The notes: generated from the letters alone by a model not told the origin. A stretch of DNA of 64,000 nt from Candidatus Saccharimonadales bacterium (GCA_035480635.1 DATIHN010000019.1:16260-80259), one strand, 5' to 3'; counted from the first letter of the stretch, positions 10,591-20,522 are shown. Translations and numbers: made by a program.

Positions 10591-10942
10591 TCTACTTCTA
10601 TCATTTCTCTCCCCACCAATTTTTTATGTAAGCTCACTCTTCTTACCCCCATTACGACTACTAACTATGTCGATACAAAAAAATTGGTGGGGTGGGTTTC
10701 TTTTCTAGATCATCTAGAGCAGATTGCTCATGGGTATACTCCTACTATCTATTTCTTCGCAATCTGCTGTACGGAAAAAGATAATGGTCGTTCGGCCTAA
10801 GCAAACTGTCTCCCTAAGGTCTTACTAGACCTTTTATTAATCCAATCATCTAGCCAGTTTGAGAGGCCGAACGACAAAGACGCAGGGCAGAGGGTATGGG
10901 AGGAGAAGGAGTTGGAGCGAGTGAATGGGTTGGGATATTAAA
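10591..10942. repeat. Structured intergenic element, copy A (candidate ncRNA or non-autonomous mobile element)
   Basis: Colinear homolog at 21919-22269; stems CCCCACCAATTTTTT/AAAAAATTGGTGGGG, GCAGATTGC/GCAATCTGC, GTCGTTCGGCCT/AGGCCGAACGAC, CAAACTG/CAGTTTG. Confidence 0.85.
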
Positions 10943-11480
10943 CTTCGTCGGGTTTGGTCTGGGCCGATTCCAGGGCTTCATGAGCCTGCATGATTTGATC
11001 AGCCAGGGTCTGCGGAGAGGGCACTTGTTTAAAAGAAAAATTCTCCTCTTCCCCCGCCGTCTCAATTTCGATATCACCGTAACTGAGCAGGTTAGCCAAT
11101 ATGCCTTTTTGGCGGCAGGAGACGTCTTGCAATTTGATCAGACTAAATTGCGAGACACTATGGTCGAACAGGCCCCGTCTGGTGTATTGCATTATATGGT
11201 GGTTAGTCAACACAATCCGATTTTGGCGATAAATCCAGATTGCCAGGAGTGCAATTCCGATGATTAAGACCCAGTAAATAAAAGTCAGCGCGCTAATGCC
11301 GGCAACTGGGATGTACTGGTTCACTGTGTCGGTGTGGCCCGCATAATAGCTGCTAGCCGCAACGAATACCAAGGCTAGAATCAAAGTCGAAAACATCACC
11401 GGCGCTACATTAATCCAATGTTTGTGCCGCTGGGCCAAGATTGTTTCAGTGACGGGCGCTGGTTGGTTTGGATTGGGCAT
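10938..11480 (-). CDS. Membrane protein with bacterial PH domain
   Basis: Two TM helices then LTNHHI...LQDVS...YGDIEIETAG pattern. Confidence 0.8.
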   Translation of the reverse strand: MPNPNQPAPVTETILAQRHKHWINVAPVMFSTLILALVFVAASSYYAGHTDTVNQYIPVAGISALTFIYWVLIIGIALLAIWIYRQNRIVLTNHHIMQYTRRGLFDHSVSQFSLIKLQDVSCRQKGILANLLSYGDIEIETAGEEENFSFKQVPSPQTLADQIMQAHEALESAQTKPDEV

Positions 11481-13380
11481 GGCTAACCTCCGAATATGTT
11501 CTTATTATACGGCGTGCACCGACGTCACTCCAGAGCTGAACGAGGTTCATCCGACCTTCGGCTGTTGGTTGATCATTGTAAAAATGTGGGACGCCAGCTT
11601 TATCGTAATAAAGCTCGGGAATATCCCCCATTTTAAGCCAAGCATCTATGCTAGTCTGGGAAGTTTTTACGACTGCTGTTGTAATCAGCTTTTGGAGCTT
11701 GGCGGGCCACCCATCGCCCTTGGCCTTGTTAAGTTGACGCTGCAATCCAGCTATCGCTAGCGCTGTTTGCTTCGCCCAAATTACCCGACCGTGATACCCA
11801 AGCGTGGTGTAGCCATCGCCGGCACCGACAATAGTAGGACCAGAATCGGTGTAGAAATAATTGGGATCAAGTAGACGCAGGGCAAATGATTCAACTTGCG
11901 CGTGAGTCGGGACTCCATAGAACAAATCGTAGGCCTCGTCGAGGTGATTTACCTCCAAGCGTTGATAGCGCAGATTTGGGCCCGGCTGAACATCATATAA
12001 AGCCAAGGCGAAGGCAGTGGTACCATCTTGGTTTGAGAATCCATACCAACCACGGGGCCGCTGCCATTTAGTAATTAGCTCAGCTACCTGAGCACGATCT
12101 ACACTCAGGGTTTTGGCGTGCTGGTGGATAAGGTCCAGCGCCTTGGGGTAGAGCACTACGTTGACATCATACGGAGCAATCGGGAATCCGACGCCTCTAA
12201 AGGCCTCACTACTATCGCGCCAATCGCCGACAATAAAGCGCTGATCGGTCCGCGGCTTGATTAAATTAGGGACTTTTTTAAAGGTAATTAAATCATTGCG
12301 CCTGGCCTGGTCAACAATGAAGCCGGCAACCCGTTTGAGTTTGGCCAGATCAGCTGGGCTAATCGTCTTTGCACCAAGACTACCTAGCGCCAAGAGGTAA
12401 CGCGGTTCAATGTCGATCATATTGCGAGTGGTGTAGTTAGCCACAATTTTATCGACTGTTGCCCTCATTTGGTGGGTTACCAAGTTGGATTGGTTCAGCA
12501 GCATAGCTAGGTCATTAGAAACCTCTTTGGACTCATGCTCCTTTTGACTCTTAAATTCGCCGGTGATGTTTTCGTGCCAGCCCTCCCCCTTGGCATTAAT
12601 GAATTCAAAAACCTGGTGATACATGTAGCTTAGGGCTTCTGGAGTTAAGTCGGCTTGGCCCAGCTCAGCCGATTCCATCCAATCGCGAGTAATGATAGTC
12701 CCAAAACCATAGCCACTGGTTTTGTTGTTCCGAACTAGGTGGGTGATCTCGAGGGCAGTGCGGTCGAGTAATTGGTCAACCTGGTGACTAAGAGATTCGC
12801 CCAAGAACTCCGTTTGGATAGGTGCACTTGCGACCACTTGGTTAATTTTTGGAACCGGTAAGCTATCGGTGATCGTTCTAAGCCGAAAACTGATTGCCGA
12901 GGCCGGGCTGTCCAAATAATAACCCCGCTTAGACTTGTGCCGATGGACTTCGGTGTTTGCGTCGAAGACAGTTTCAGTACCATACCAATGATCATCATAG
13001 CTACGCCGATACTCGATTTTGTAGCCCTCAGGCGTTAATTCAACACCAATGTAGTGGGGGGCCAGATCATTCGGAAAACGATTATAAACTTTGGCGTAGG
13101 TCGGCAACGGATGATGCTCACGTTCTGTAATATCACGCAACCGGCGAATGTGACCCATCACGGGGTCGTGCAAAAATAGTTTGGAAGCTAAAATTTCGCC
13201 TTCTATTACCAACTGACCATCGTCAACAAAAACACTTTTGATATTGAGTTGATCTCGGTAAAGATCCACGGAGCCGTAGTGTAAGTGGTTATTGGGACCG
13301 ACAATTCGTAGTTGACCCAGGCTATCAAAATCAACGTAGTAGGCGCCCTCAATCCAGATGTTCGCCGCTAGTTTCATCAC
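11446..13380 (-). CDS. Putative (alpha/alpha)6 glycoside hydrolase, glycogen-debranching/amylo-alpha-1,6-glucosidase-like
   Basis: GDWRDS, YHGRVIW, IPELY, QLWS motifs in C-terminal half. Confidence 0.55.
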   Translation of the reverse strand: MMKLAANIWIEGAYYVDFDSLGQLRIVGPNNHLHYGSVDLYRDQLNIKSVFVDDGQLVIEGEILASKLFLHDPVMGHIRRLRDITEREHHPLPTYAKVYNRFPNDLAPHYIGVELTPEGYKIEYRRSYDDHWYGTETVFDANTEVHRHKSKRGYYLDSPASAISFRLRTITDSLPVPKINQVVASAPIQTEFLGESLSHQVDQLLDRTALEITHLVRNNKTSGYGFGTIITRDWMESAELGQADLTPEALSYMYHQVFEFINAKGEGWHENITGEFKSQKEHESKEVSNDLAMLLNQSNLVTHQMRATVDKIVANYTTRNMIDIEPRYLLALGSLGAKTISPADLAKLKRVAGFIVDQARRNDLITFKKVPNLIKPRTDQRFIVGDWRDSSEAFRGVGFPIAPYDVNVVLYPKALDLIHQHAKTLSVDRAQVAELITKWQRPRGWYGFSNQDGTTAFALALYDVQPGPNLRYQRLEVNHLDEAYDLFYGVPTHAQVESFALRLLDPNYFYTDSGPTIVGAGDGYTTLGYHGRVIWAKQTALAIAGLQRQLNKAKGDGWPAKLQKLITTAVVKTSQTSIDAWLKMGDIPELYYDKAGVPHFYNDQPTAEGRMNLVQLWSDVGARRIIRTYSEVSHAQSKPTSARH

Positions 13381-13391
13381 CTCTCCATTAG

Positions 13392-14414
13392 CTACAGCAA
13401 CTTGGCTTGATCAGACCTTTCGATTGGGTCGGCGCCCATGTGCGTATAGGCTTTGGTGGTTACGCGCCGACCCCGGTTGGTCCGCTCCAGTAGCCCGATT
13501 TGCAAGAGATAGGGCTCGTAGACGTCTTCAATGGTCGAGCGTTCCTCTGAACAAATTGCTGCCAGCGTCTCAACTCCGACCGGCCCACCGCCGTAGTTTT
13601 CGATAATGGCCGCTAGCAAGCGGCGGTCGGCGTTATCCAAACCGAGTTCGTCGATTTCGAGCAAATCAAGGGCTTGGCGAGCAATGGGGGCTGAGATGGC
13701 GTCGACTTTTTTGACTTGAGAATAATCTCGAACTCGTTTGAGCAGACGATTAGCAATACGGGGCGTTAGGCGCGATCGCTCAGCAATTTCGGCTGCTGCT
13801 GCATCGTCCAATTTTACACCTAAGATACGAGCCGAGCGGCGCAAGATTTGAACAATTTCGTCCGGGGCGTAGTAATCCAAGCGATGAACCATACCGAAGC
13901 GATCACGCAGCGGTGCAGACAGCGATCCGGCCCGGGTGGTGGCACCAATGATGGTGAAGTTAGGCAAATCCAGGCGAATTGATTTAGCGCTGGGACCCTT
14001 GCCCAACATTATATCCAAGCCAAAATCTTCCATGGCCGGATACAGAATTTCTTCGACGTTGCGAGGCAAGCGATGAATTTCATCGATAAAGAGGACATCT
14101 CCATCGCTCAAATTGGTCAAAAGGGCTGCCAGATCCCCGGCCCTTTCGATGGCCGGACCTGAAGTCACCCGAATATTGGCCCCCAGTTCGCGCGCAATCA
14201 CTCCAGCTAAGGTGGTTTTGCCCAACCCCGGCGGTCCGTAGAGTAAAATGTGGTCGACAGTTTCCCCTCGCCCTTTGGCGGCTGTAATTGCTACGTGCAA
14301 ATTGTCCTTAATGCCACTTTGACCAACATATTCATCAAAAGCCCTCGGCCTCAGAGTCTCTTCGATCTGCTCGTCTTCCGGACTATTATCGTGGGCGCTT
14401 AAGCGTTCGATCAT
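13392..14414 (-). CDS. ruvB: Holliday junction branch migration helicase RuvB
   Basis: [27 protein letters not shown]. Confidence 0.98.
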   Translation of the reverse strand: MIERLSAHDNSPEDEQIEETLRPRAFDEYVGQSGIKDNLHVAITAAKGRGETVDHILLYGPPGLGKTTLAGVIARELGANIRVTSGPAIERAGDLAALLTNLSDGDVLFIDEIHRLPRNVEEILYPAMEDFGLDIMLGKGPSAKSIRLDLPNFTIIGATTRAGSLSAPLRDRFGMVHRLDYYAPDEIVQILRRSARILGVKLDDAAAAEIAERSRLTPRIANRLLKRVRDYSQVKKVDAISAPIARQALDLLEIDELGLDNADRRLLAAIIENYGGGPVGVETLAAICSEERSTIEDVYEPYLLQIGLLERTNRGRRVTTKAYTHMGADPIERSDQAKLL

Positions 14415-14962
14415 TTGGCCAACCCTTTCAAGGCCGCTTTGACGCGTTCAGCGGGGTCCACTACCTCGGTGGGAACTTTAGCAGCCGCTTCGGCCGACTG
14501 AGAACTAGAATAACCCAGACCCACCAGAGCTTGATAGGTTTCATCCTGAGCTTGAGCAGCTGGGGCATTAATTTTGCCTTTGAGTTCTAGGGTGATGCGT
14601 TGGGCCGTTTTGTTACCAATGCCACTGACGCCGCGTAATATATCCGGGTTGCCAGTAGCGATGGCCTGGTTAAGCTTGGTTGGGGTAGCGGCTTGCAAAA
14701 CTGCCAAGGCAACTTTTGGCCCAATGCCGCTAATAGTTAGGAGTTTGCTAAAAAATTGGCGATCCTCGGCCTGGCCGAAACCATAGAGAGTTTGTTGATC
14801 CTCGCGAATGTATTGGTGGGTAATAAAGGTTACCTCGTCGCCGATTTTTTGGTTAGCGAGATCACGCGCTAGAGCCAATACTTCGTAGCCGACACCGCCA
14901 GCCTCGACGATGGCGCTATCAAAAGTCTTCTCGACTAGCTTCCCCCGAATGCGCGCGATCAT
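14411..14962 (-). CDS. ruvA: Holliday junction branch migration protein RuvA
   Basis: [20 protein letters not shown] HhH motifs. Confidence 0.96.
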   Translation of the reverse strand: MIARIRGKLVEKTFDSAIVEAGGVGYEVLALARDLANQKIGDEVTFITHQYIREDQQTLYGFGQAEDRQFFSKLLTISGIGPKVALAVLQAATPTKLNQAIATGNPDILRGVSGIGNKTAQRITLELKGKINAPAAQAQDETYQALVGLGYSSSQSAEAAAKVPTEVVDPAERVKAALKGLAK

Positions 14963-15014
14963 ATGGTAATTGTACAGGTTTAACCAGGTGAATCAAAACC
15001 GCCGTCGGATGATT

Positions 15015-15491
15015 TTAGGGCGTTTGGACGCTTTGGGCGGCCGCAATGGCGCAGGCCAATGCGTCGGCCGCATCATCTGGCCTTGGGAGTTCGGACAAGC
15101 TTAGCAGGGTCTGGACCATTTCTTGAATTTGGCGCTTGGTAGCTTTGCCATAGCCAGTGACAGCTTGCTTAACCTGCAAGGGCGTGAATTCAACCACCGG
15201 GATACTAGCCTCAGCGGCGGCCAGTAAGACCACCCCGCGAGCCTGACCGACGCTAATAGCGGTACTGGAATTGCGAGCAAAGTAGAGTAATTCGACGGCC
15301 ATTTGATCGGGTTTGTATTCGCCCACCACTTGGCTGATTTCGCGCTTGATGGTTAGCAGGCGATCGGGCATATCGGCCGCCGCTGGGGTGGTGATGACAC
15401 CCCCACCAATGAATTTAAGTTTTTGGCCTTGGCTATCAATGATGCCAAAGCCGGTTGTGGCTGTGCCCGGATCGATGCCCAAGATTCTCAC
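15015..15491 (-). CDS. ruvC: Holliday junction resolvase RuvC
   Basis: ILGIDPG, TGYGKATK, DDAADALA. Confidence 0.97.
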   Translation of the reverse strand: MRILGIDPGTATTGFGIIDSQGQKLKFIGGGVITTPAAADMPDRLLTIKREISQVVGEYKPDQMAVELLYFARNSSTAISVGQARGVVLLAAAEASIPVVEFTPLQVKQAVTGYGKATKRQIQEMVQTLLSLSELPRPDDAADALACAIAAAQSVQTP

Positions 15492-16228
15492 TGCTCGGCC
15501 AGCTCAAGTTCGCCTGCCACCTCGAAGTTGGCGTAAGTTTCGGTAACGTCATCCAAATCATCCAACGTTTCCATGATGGCAATCAGCTGGTTCAAGATTT
15601 TACGGTCGCTGATAGTGACGCTGGTGCGCGGAATGTAGGCCAGCTCAGCCGAATCAATCGGTCGGTTCTGCGCCGCTAGAGCTGAGCGCACCTGATCAAG
15701 TTTGGCGGCTGGAGTGTAAACATAGAGCTTGCCATCTTCTTCGTTCATATCATCGGCGCCGGCATCGATGGCGGCTAGCTCAGCCTCATCGCCAGTTTGA
15801 TTTAAGACGATTTGCCCCTTTTGCTCAAACTGAAAAGCCACCGCGCCAGCCTCGGCCAAGCGCCCGCCATGTTTGGTAAAAGCGCTGCGGACTTCGGAAG
15901 CGGCTCGATTACGATTATCGGTTGCGACCTCCACCAAAATGGCCACGGCTCCTGGGCCGTAACCTTCGTAGAGAATTTCCTCAACTTGGGCCCCACCTAA
16001 TTCGCCGGTGCCTTTTTTGATGGCTCGCTCAATGTTGGCCTGAGGCATATTGGCCGAGCGGGCCTTGCCCATGACTAGTCGCAGCTTAAAGTTCACTACT
16101 GGATCGCCACCGCCTTGCTTGGCCGCAATAGTGATGGCATTGGCGAGCTTAGTAAAAGCCGCGCCCCGTTTGGCATCGGCCGCCGCTTTTTGGTGTTTTA
16201 TACTATGCCATTTGCTGTGTCCGGACAT
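15488..16228 (-). CDS. yebC: YebC/PmpR family protein
   Basis: MSGHSKWHSIKH, YEGYGPG, TDNRNR; start set at MSGH. Confidence 0.96.
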   Translation of the reverse strand: MSGHSKWHSIKHQKAAADAKRGAAFTKLANAITIAAKQGGGDPVVNFKLRLVMGKARSANMPQANIERAIKKGTGELGGAQVEEILYEGYGPGAVAILVEVATDNRNRAASEVRSAFTKHGGRLAEAGAVAFQFEQKGQIVLNQTGDEAELAAIDAGADDMNEEDGKLYVYTPAAKLDQVRSALAAQNRPIDSAELAYIPRTSVTISDRKILNQLIAIMETLDDLDDVTETYANFEVAGELELAEQ

Positions 16229-17642
16229 GATCTGCTTCCCTGTTAATATCATTATACCAGGTTGGAGGTGTAGGACGCTTGGGCCAAATCGCAGCTAGCC
16301 AACCAATGATTAAGCCGTACCATGCAATCATGAAACCGATCGAAACTTGAACAGTGAGCGGGTGTAATTTTGATCCAGTTTCAATCACTCCAACGATGAA
16401 GCGCAAAAGCAAGATGGCGGGCCAAGCCAACCAGCCGCCCACCAGTGGCACGGCCAGGCCTGCCAACCCAGCCACGAAGCTGGCTAGCATGGCAATTGGT
16501 ACCAACGGCATGACGATCAGATTGGTCAGTGGTGCAATTGGCGTAAAAGTCCCGAAACTATGTAAAATCAGGGGCAAAGTTAAAAGATAGGCAGCTAGAG
16601 CTTCCAACGCAATCATGCCTAGGGGGTGATTAGATAGGCCTAAGCGTTCCCCCAATATCGGGGCCACGATCAAAATGCCAGCAAAAGCCGCGAATGATAG
16701 CTGCCAGCCTAGATCACTATAGAGGGCATGCGGATTCAGGCCAGCCGTCAAGGCTGCCACTAAGGCGATAAGTAAAACGGGTTTGATGGTCCGGCCATAG
16801 TATCCGGCTGCTAGTACCAGAATTGAAACGGCTCCGGCGCGGACGATTGAGGCACTGGCGCCAGCTACGGCCACAAAGCCGCCAATTAGCCATAAGCTCA
16901 AGGCTAATACAAAGAATTTACTGGAATTTCGAAAAACTCGCCGCACACCATCAACCAAAATCGTCAGATTGTAGCCGCTAACCGCCACTAGGTGACTAAG
17001 GCCCACAGCCGCTAATTGGGCTTGCAAAGTTTTGGGGATTAAAGCTCGAGCACCGATTAATAAACCGAGGGCGAATGAGGCCAGAGGCTCAGGAATCATG
17101 GCCCGCTCGGCGGCAAAAAACCTTAGTCGCCAACGTTCTAACCAGCTGATATGGTCACTAATAATTTGGGTTTGAGGGAAGCTAAACTCAGCTTGATTGG
17201 CACCGATTGAAGGTTTTAATTTTCCAACCAAGGCAATTTGATAGCCACGTCGGATGGGCAAGCGGTGAGTAAAAACAGCGATGTTCGTGCGATAGGGCCG
17301 ATCGTCCAGCCGGCTGGTCGCCAGACTGAAGCTCAATTGGTTCTGATCATTCAGGGCCGGATCGTCTCTGACTACACCTTCGAGGCGAACACTTTGACCA
17401 AAATGGCTGGCGAGTATTTGATCGCTCCAGCGCACCTGCCCAGCCCGCCACAGACCCAGCGTTAGCGCCATAATGATTATTGCCAGATTACGCCAACGAC
17501 TACGCCCGAGTACCAAGGTGATTGCAAAAAGGCCAACCACAAGTGCACCCGAGACAAACATCGGACGCCCAATCACCAACCCAATTAAGAAGGCTAAGCT
17601 GGCTGCAGTTATGAGAGTAGTTTGATGAATAGTCGTTTTCAT
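16203..17642 (-). CDS. comEC: ComEC/Rec2 competence membrane protein without C-terminal MBL domain
   Basis: GLSHLVAVSGYN, SIVRA, GWQLSFAA; multi-TM. Confidence 0.9.
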   Translation of the reverse strand: MKTTIHQTTLITAASLAFLIGLVIGRPMFVSGALVVGLFAITLVLGRSRWRNLAIIIMALTLGLWRAGQVRWSDQILASHFGQSVRLEGVVRDDPALNDQNQLSFSLATSRLDDRPYRTNIAVFTHRLPIRRGYQIALVGKLKPSIGANQAEFSFPQTQIISDHISWLERWRLRFFAAERAMIPEPLASFALGLLIGARALIPKTLQAQLAAVGLSHLVAVSGYNLTILVDGVRRVFRNSSKFFVLALSLWLIGGFVAVAGASASIVRAGAVSILVLAAGYYGRTIKPVLLIALVAALTAGLNPHALYSDLGWQLSFAAFAGILIVAPILGERLGLSNHPLGMIALEALAAYLLTLPLILHSFGTFTPIAPLTNLIVMPLVPIAMLASFVAGLAGLAVPLVGGWLAWPAILLLRFIVGVIETGSKLHPLTVQVSIGFMIAWYGLIIGWLAAIWPKRPTPPTWYNDINREADHVRTQQMA

Positions 17643-17735
17643 GGAGGCTAGTTTTTACCCTCCGATTGAGATTATTTTAGCAGACAAGTATTAAAGTGAA
17701 AGGGCCGACCACCTAAGTGATCGGCCCGAGGCTTG

Positions 17736-17972
17736 CTAGAGCCGTTGGCGGCTGCCAAATTGTCGCCCGACTGTGGCTTCGACGTAAATCTGGCGGTTGG
17801 GGTAGCGGCGTTTGGCCCAGGCCAGACAGTTTTGCAAGTACTGCGCTCTCCTGTCTTTGGCCGCCTCATTGTCGTCTCGTCCCCAGTCTCTGTCATCGTC
17901 CGCCGGCAAGCACTCGACGATGTTGATGACAATTTGGTAATGGTAGACCATTAGGGGCTCTCGGCGTTTCAT
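17736..17972 (-). CDS. Small hypothetical protein
   Basis: 78-aa ORF with AAGGAG 7 nt upstream. Confidence 0.45.
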   Translation of the reverse strand: MKRREPLMVYHYQIVINIVECLPADDDRDWGRDDNEAAKDRRAQYLQNCLAWAKRRYPNRQIYVEATVGRQFGSRQRL

Positions 17973-18027
17973 GGCATGACTCCTTGGTTAGAATGTCATG
18001 CCCCTTACTCCGTTCGCTCGCTTCCAG

Positions 18028-18101
18028 TGGCCCGTGAAGGATTCGAACCTCCGGCCTCACGCTTTTCAAGCGCGCGATCTCACCAACTGATCTAACGGGC
18101 C
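18028..18101 (-). tRNA. tRNA-Phe (GAA), CCA not encoded
   Basis: Cloverleaf GGCCCGT...ACGGGCC-A; anticodon loop TTGAAAA; GGTTCGAATCC T arm. Confidence 0.92.
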
Positions 18102-18703
18102 GAGTTTTTAACGACTTCGTCGAGATTGATCTTGCCGCTCAAAATGTCCAATAGGACCTGCGGATACAGCTCGCGCTCTTGGACTTTGATTCGCTCCCAG
18201 AGCGTCTCAACGTCGTCGCCGTCTTCGACTGGGACTCTAACCTGCCCCAGTATATAGCTTTCGTCGTCGAGCACTTCAGTAGCGATGTGGACGGTCGAGC
18301 CGGTTTCGCTGACTCGAGCAGCCAGAGCATCGCGAACAGCATATTCGCCTTTGAACGCTGGTAGGAGGGCCGGGTGGATGTTCAAAATCCGCTTGTCGTA
18401 GTCCTCGAATATGACGTCGTGGAGGATGGTAAAAAACCCAGCCATAGCCACAAGCTTGATGCCGTTCTCCTGTAAGGCTGCGGCGACCGCGCGGGTAAAG
18501 CCCTCGCGGTCCCAACCCTCACCGATTTTGGGCTTGTAGCCAAACTCCCTACGATCAATCAGCACTGCTGGGATACCGGCAGCTTGGGCGATTTCCAGCG
18601 CCTTGCACTGCTTATCGGCTAGCACCAGACTGATCGGGACTTTGTGCTCAATCATCGATGCCAAGATGGTGCCACTACCTGAAGCTAGGACTGCAATCTT
18701 CAT
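18092..18703 (-). CDS. purN: Phosphoribosylglycinamide formyltransferase PurN
   Basis: MKIAVLASGSG, MAGF, LNIHPALLPAFKG, TGSTVH; start trimmed to MKIAV. Confidence 0.9.
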   Translation of the reverse strand: MKIAVLASGSGTILASMIEHKVPISLVLADKQCKALEIAQAAGIPAVLIDRREFGYKPKIGEGWDREGFTRAVAAALQENGIKLVAMAGFFTILHDVIFEDYDKRILNIHPALLPAFKGEYAVRDALAARVSETGSTVHIATEVLDDESYILGQVRVPVEDGDDVETLWERIKVQERELYPQVLLDILSGKINLDEVVKNSAR

Positions 18704-18746
18704 CACGCGTACTCCTCTTTCGCCCTCATTCAAGCGAACGGGCTTA

Positions 18747-18775
18747 ATTATCAAACAGAACATACTTTCTGGCAA
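18747..18775 (-). promoter_or_regulatory. Probable sigma70 promoter for purN-tRNA-Phe
   Basis: TTGCCA-17 nt-GATAAT on minus strand. Confidence 0.55.
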
Positions 18776-18819
18776 CCGTAAGTAAAAAGACCCCTTTGAG
18801 GTATTTTGTGTTGATGCGT

Positions 18820-19026
18820 TTAGTTTCTTAAACCGATAAATATCAACAACACAGCCATAACCATGAACAGCCAACGAATTATTGAGCCAAGCCCATTGAA
18901 ACCAATCTCATAAGGAAATATCGTCAAATCCCACAACTTCCAACCATAATCGGGGTCGCCAGATGCATATCTGATTAAGTCGTGAATAGTAATTGCAAAG
19001 ATAATAATAATTCCGATTACTACCAT
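18820..19026 (-). CDS. Small two-TM membrane protein
   Basis: 68 aa with two hydrophobic segments. Confidence 0.55.
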   Translation of the reverse strand: MVVIGIIIIFAITIHDLIRYASGDPDYGWKLWDLTIFPYEIGFNGLGSIIRWLFMVMAVLLIFIGLRN

Positions 19027-19048
19027 TGCTTAAGTATACAATAGAGTT

Positions 19049-19327
19049 ATGAGCGAAGAATCAATCTTGACTCTCCACCCCCAGGGCAAGAGCGGGCGCA
19101 ATATTAGTAAGTCTAAATACGATACTATGAAGGCGGCCATAACTTCCGTGCTCCACGATCAGCGTCTAACTCAAAACCAACTCATGGCAAGAGTCGAGCT
19201 AAAGCTGAGGGGTACGTTTGAAGGCAATATTTCTTGGTACGCCGAAACGGTCAAGCTTGATCTGGAGGCGCGGAATGTTATTAAACGCACCAGCGACCAG
19301 CCGCAAAAGTATTATTTAGCTAACTAG
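19049..19327 (+). CDS. Small hypothetical protein (winged-helix-like; DUF6958-like)
   Basis: HPQGKSG...KY...WYAETVKLDLEAR pattern. Confidence 0.6.
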   Translation: MSEESILTLHPQGKSGRNISKSKYDTMKAAITSVLHDQRLTQNQLMARVELKLRGTFEGNISWYAETVKLDLEARNVIKRTSDQPQKYYLAN

Positions 19328-19352
19328 GTTTCCAATCTAATAAATCTAATGC

Positions 19353-19520
19353 AGGGCCCAGAGGGACATCGTCCGCCAGCTGGCGGACTCATCCTTCGTC
19401 GCTTACTCGGTGCAAGCACCTGCGTGAGCTCCTCGTAATCGAACCCAGCCCTACGGGCTACCTGGGTTCTCGTCTCACGCCCCAACGAAAAAGCCCCAGC
19501 TTACGCTGAGGCACTTTCGT
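19353..19520 (-). mobile_element. tRNA-Lys-linked mini-element ending in duplicated tRNA 3' end
   Basis: AGGGCCCAGAGGGAC (19353-19367) vs tRNA AGGGCCCAGTGGGAC; palindrome GTCCGCCAGCTGGCGGAC at 19371-19388. Confidence 0.65.
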
Positions 19521-19597
19521 TGGAGGGCCCAGTGGGACTCGAACCCACGACGCAGAGCTTAAAAGGCTCTCGCTCTGACCAACTGAGCTATGGGCCC
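19521..19597 (-). tRNA. tRNA-Lys (TTT)
   Basis: GGGCCCA...TGGGCCC-T-CCA; anticodon loop CTTTTAA. Confidence 0.95.
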
Positions 19598-19767
19598 ACG
19601 TCCAAATTGTACTTCAGCTTCCGCGAGTCAATAAACTCACTCCAGCTTTCGAACAATTTCTCCTTTTGCCTTATCAAACAGCTTCGCTTGGTTTGATTTC
19701 GGCTTTTTAGGTGTGGGATCAGGTCTAGAACCAACAAACTATACCCCGAATCTGTTGATTGGTCAAT

Positions 19768-20013
19768 CTAGCGACGTTTGGCTTGGCGAGATTTTTGGTA
19801 GGCCAAAATAACCCAAGCCACCACACTCAGTGCTGTTACGGCCGCCGAAAGTGGCAGATTCAAACTAACATCAGTGACAACAAAGATAATTAAAATGACA
19901 ATGGTCACTAGGCTAGTAATTAGCGCCGGTTTTTGACGACCCCGGATGGTGGGGATTAGTGATAGAGAAAGTATGGTGATACCCGCTACGAAAATTAAAT
20001 CTTGCCACTTCAT
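19768..20013 (-). CDS. Small membrane protein (3 TM)
   Basis: MKWQDLIF start coupled to upstream stop; hydrophobic. Confidence 0.7.
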   Translation of the reverse strand: MKWQDLIFVAGITILSLSLIPTIRGRQKPALITSLVTIVILIIFVVTDVSLNLPLSAAVTALSVVAWVILAYQKSRQAKRR

Positions 20014-20522
20014 TAATGCTTCTCGCCCCGACTTTGAGCGATAAAGGCCTCGGCAATAATGAAGATTGGTACGATTGCCACCAGCCACAGTCGGTAAGTG
20101 TAGAGTTCAAAAGCTAGAGTCGAATTATCGGTGATGTGAGCAAGTGTGGCGCCCTCGAGCTGACCAAGGCCCATACTGATGATTAGCCCGGCCGTTAAGA
20201 CCGCTAGAATCACGGTTACACTCATGCCAGCATGAGCCCCGCGGCTGCGGTGGCGGCGACTGACTTCCAGGAGCACAATTGGAGCAATAAAGAGAGCCAG
20301 GCGAATAGCGCCGATGTTAATGTTATCGTGCCCGTGCTTCGATAAATAATCTTGGATTCCGCTGCCAAGCTGGCTGGCTAGCACAATGCCAACGTAAGTA
20401 CTCATGGCCAAATTGCGGACTTTGGCGTGCCCGGCCATTAGGCCATATACCACCACCGCTGCGATGATCAAAATAATTACCAGCGTGGCACTAAAATCAA
20501 TTGCGGGGATATTCATAGCCAT
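20013..20522 (-). CDS. Hypothetical multi-TM membrane protein
   Basis: 169 aa, about five hydrophobic helices. Confidence 0.75.
   Translation of the reverse strand: MAMNIPAIDFSATLVIILIIAAVVVYGLMAGHAKVRNLAMSTYVGIVLASQLGSGIQDYLSKHGHDNINIGAIRLALFIAPIVLLEVSRRHRSRGAHAGMSVTVILAVLTAGLIISMGLGQLEGATLAHITDNSTLAFELYTYRLWLVAIVPIFIIAEAFIAQSRGEKH

Noticed and set aside
10659-10667. TACTAAC (spliceosomal branch-point consensus) in both element copies
   Set aside because: Bacterial context and no splice-site pattern; kept only as a conserved loop block
10555-10800. ORFs 10555-10800 (+) and 22147-22386 (-) sharing PTNFLCKLTLLTPI
   Set aside because: The shared peptide is just the 43-nt inverted repeat read in frame; no SD and no conserved frame across the two element copies
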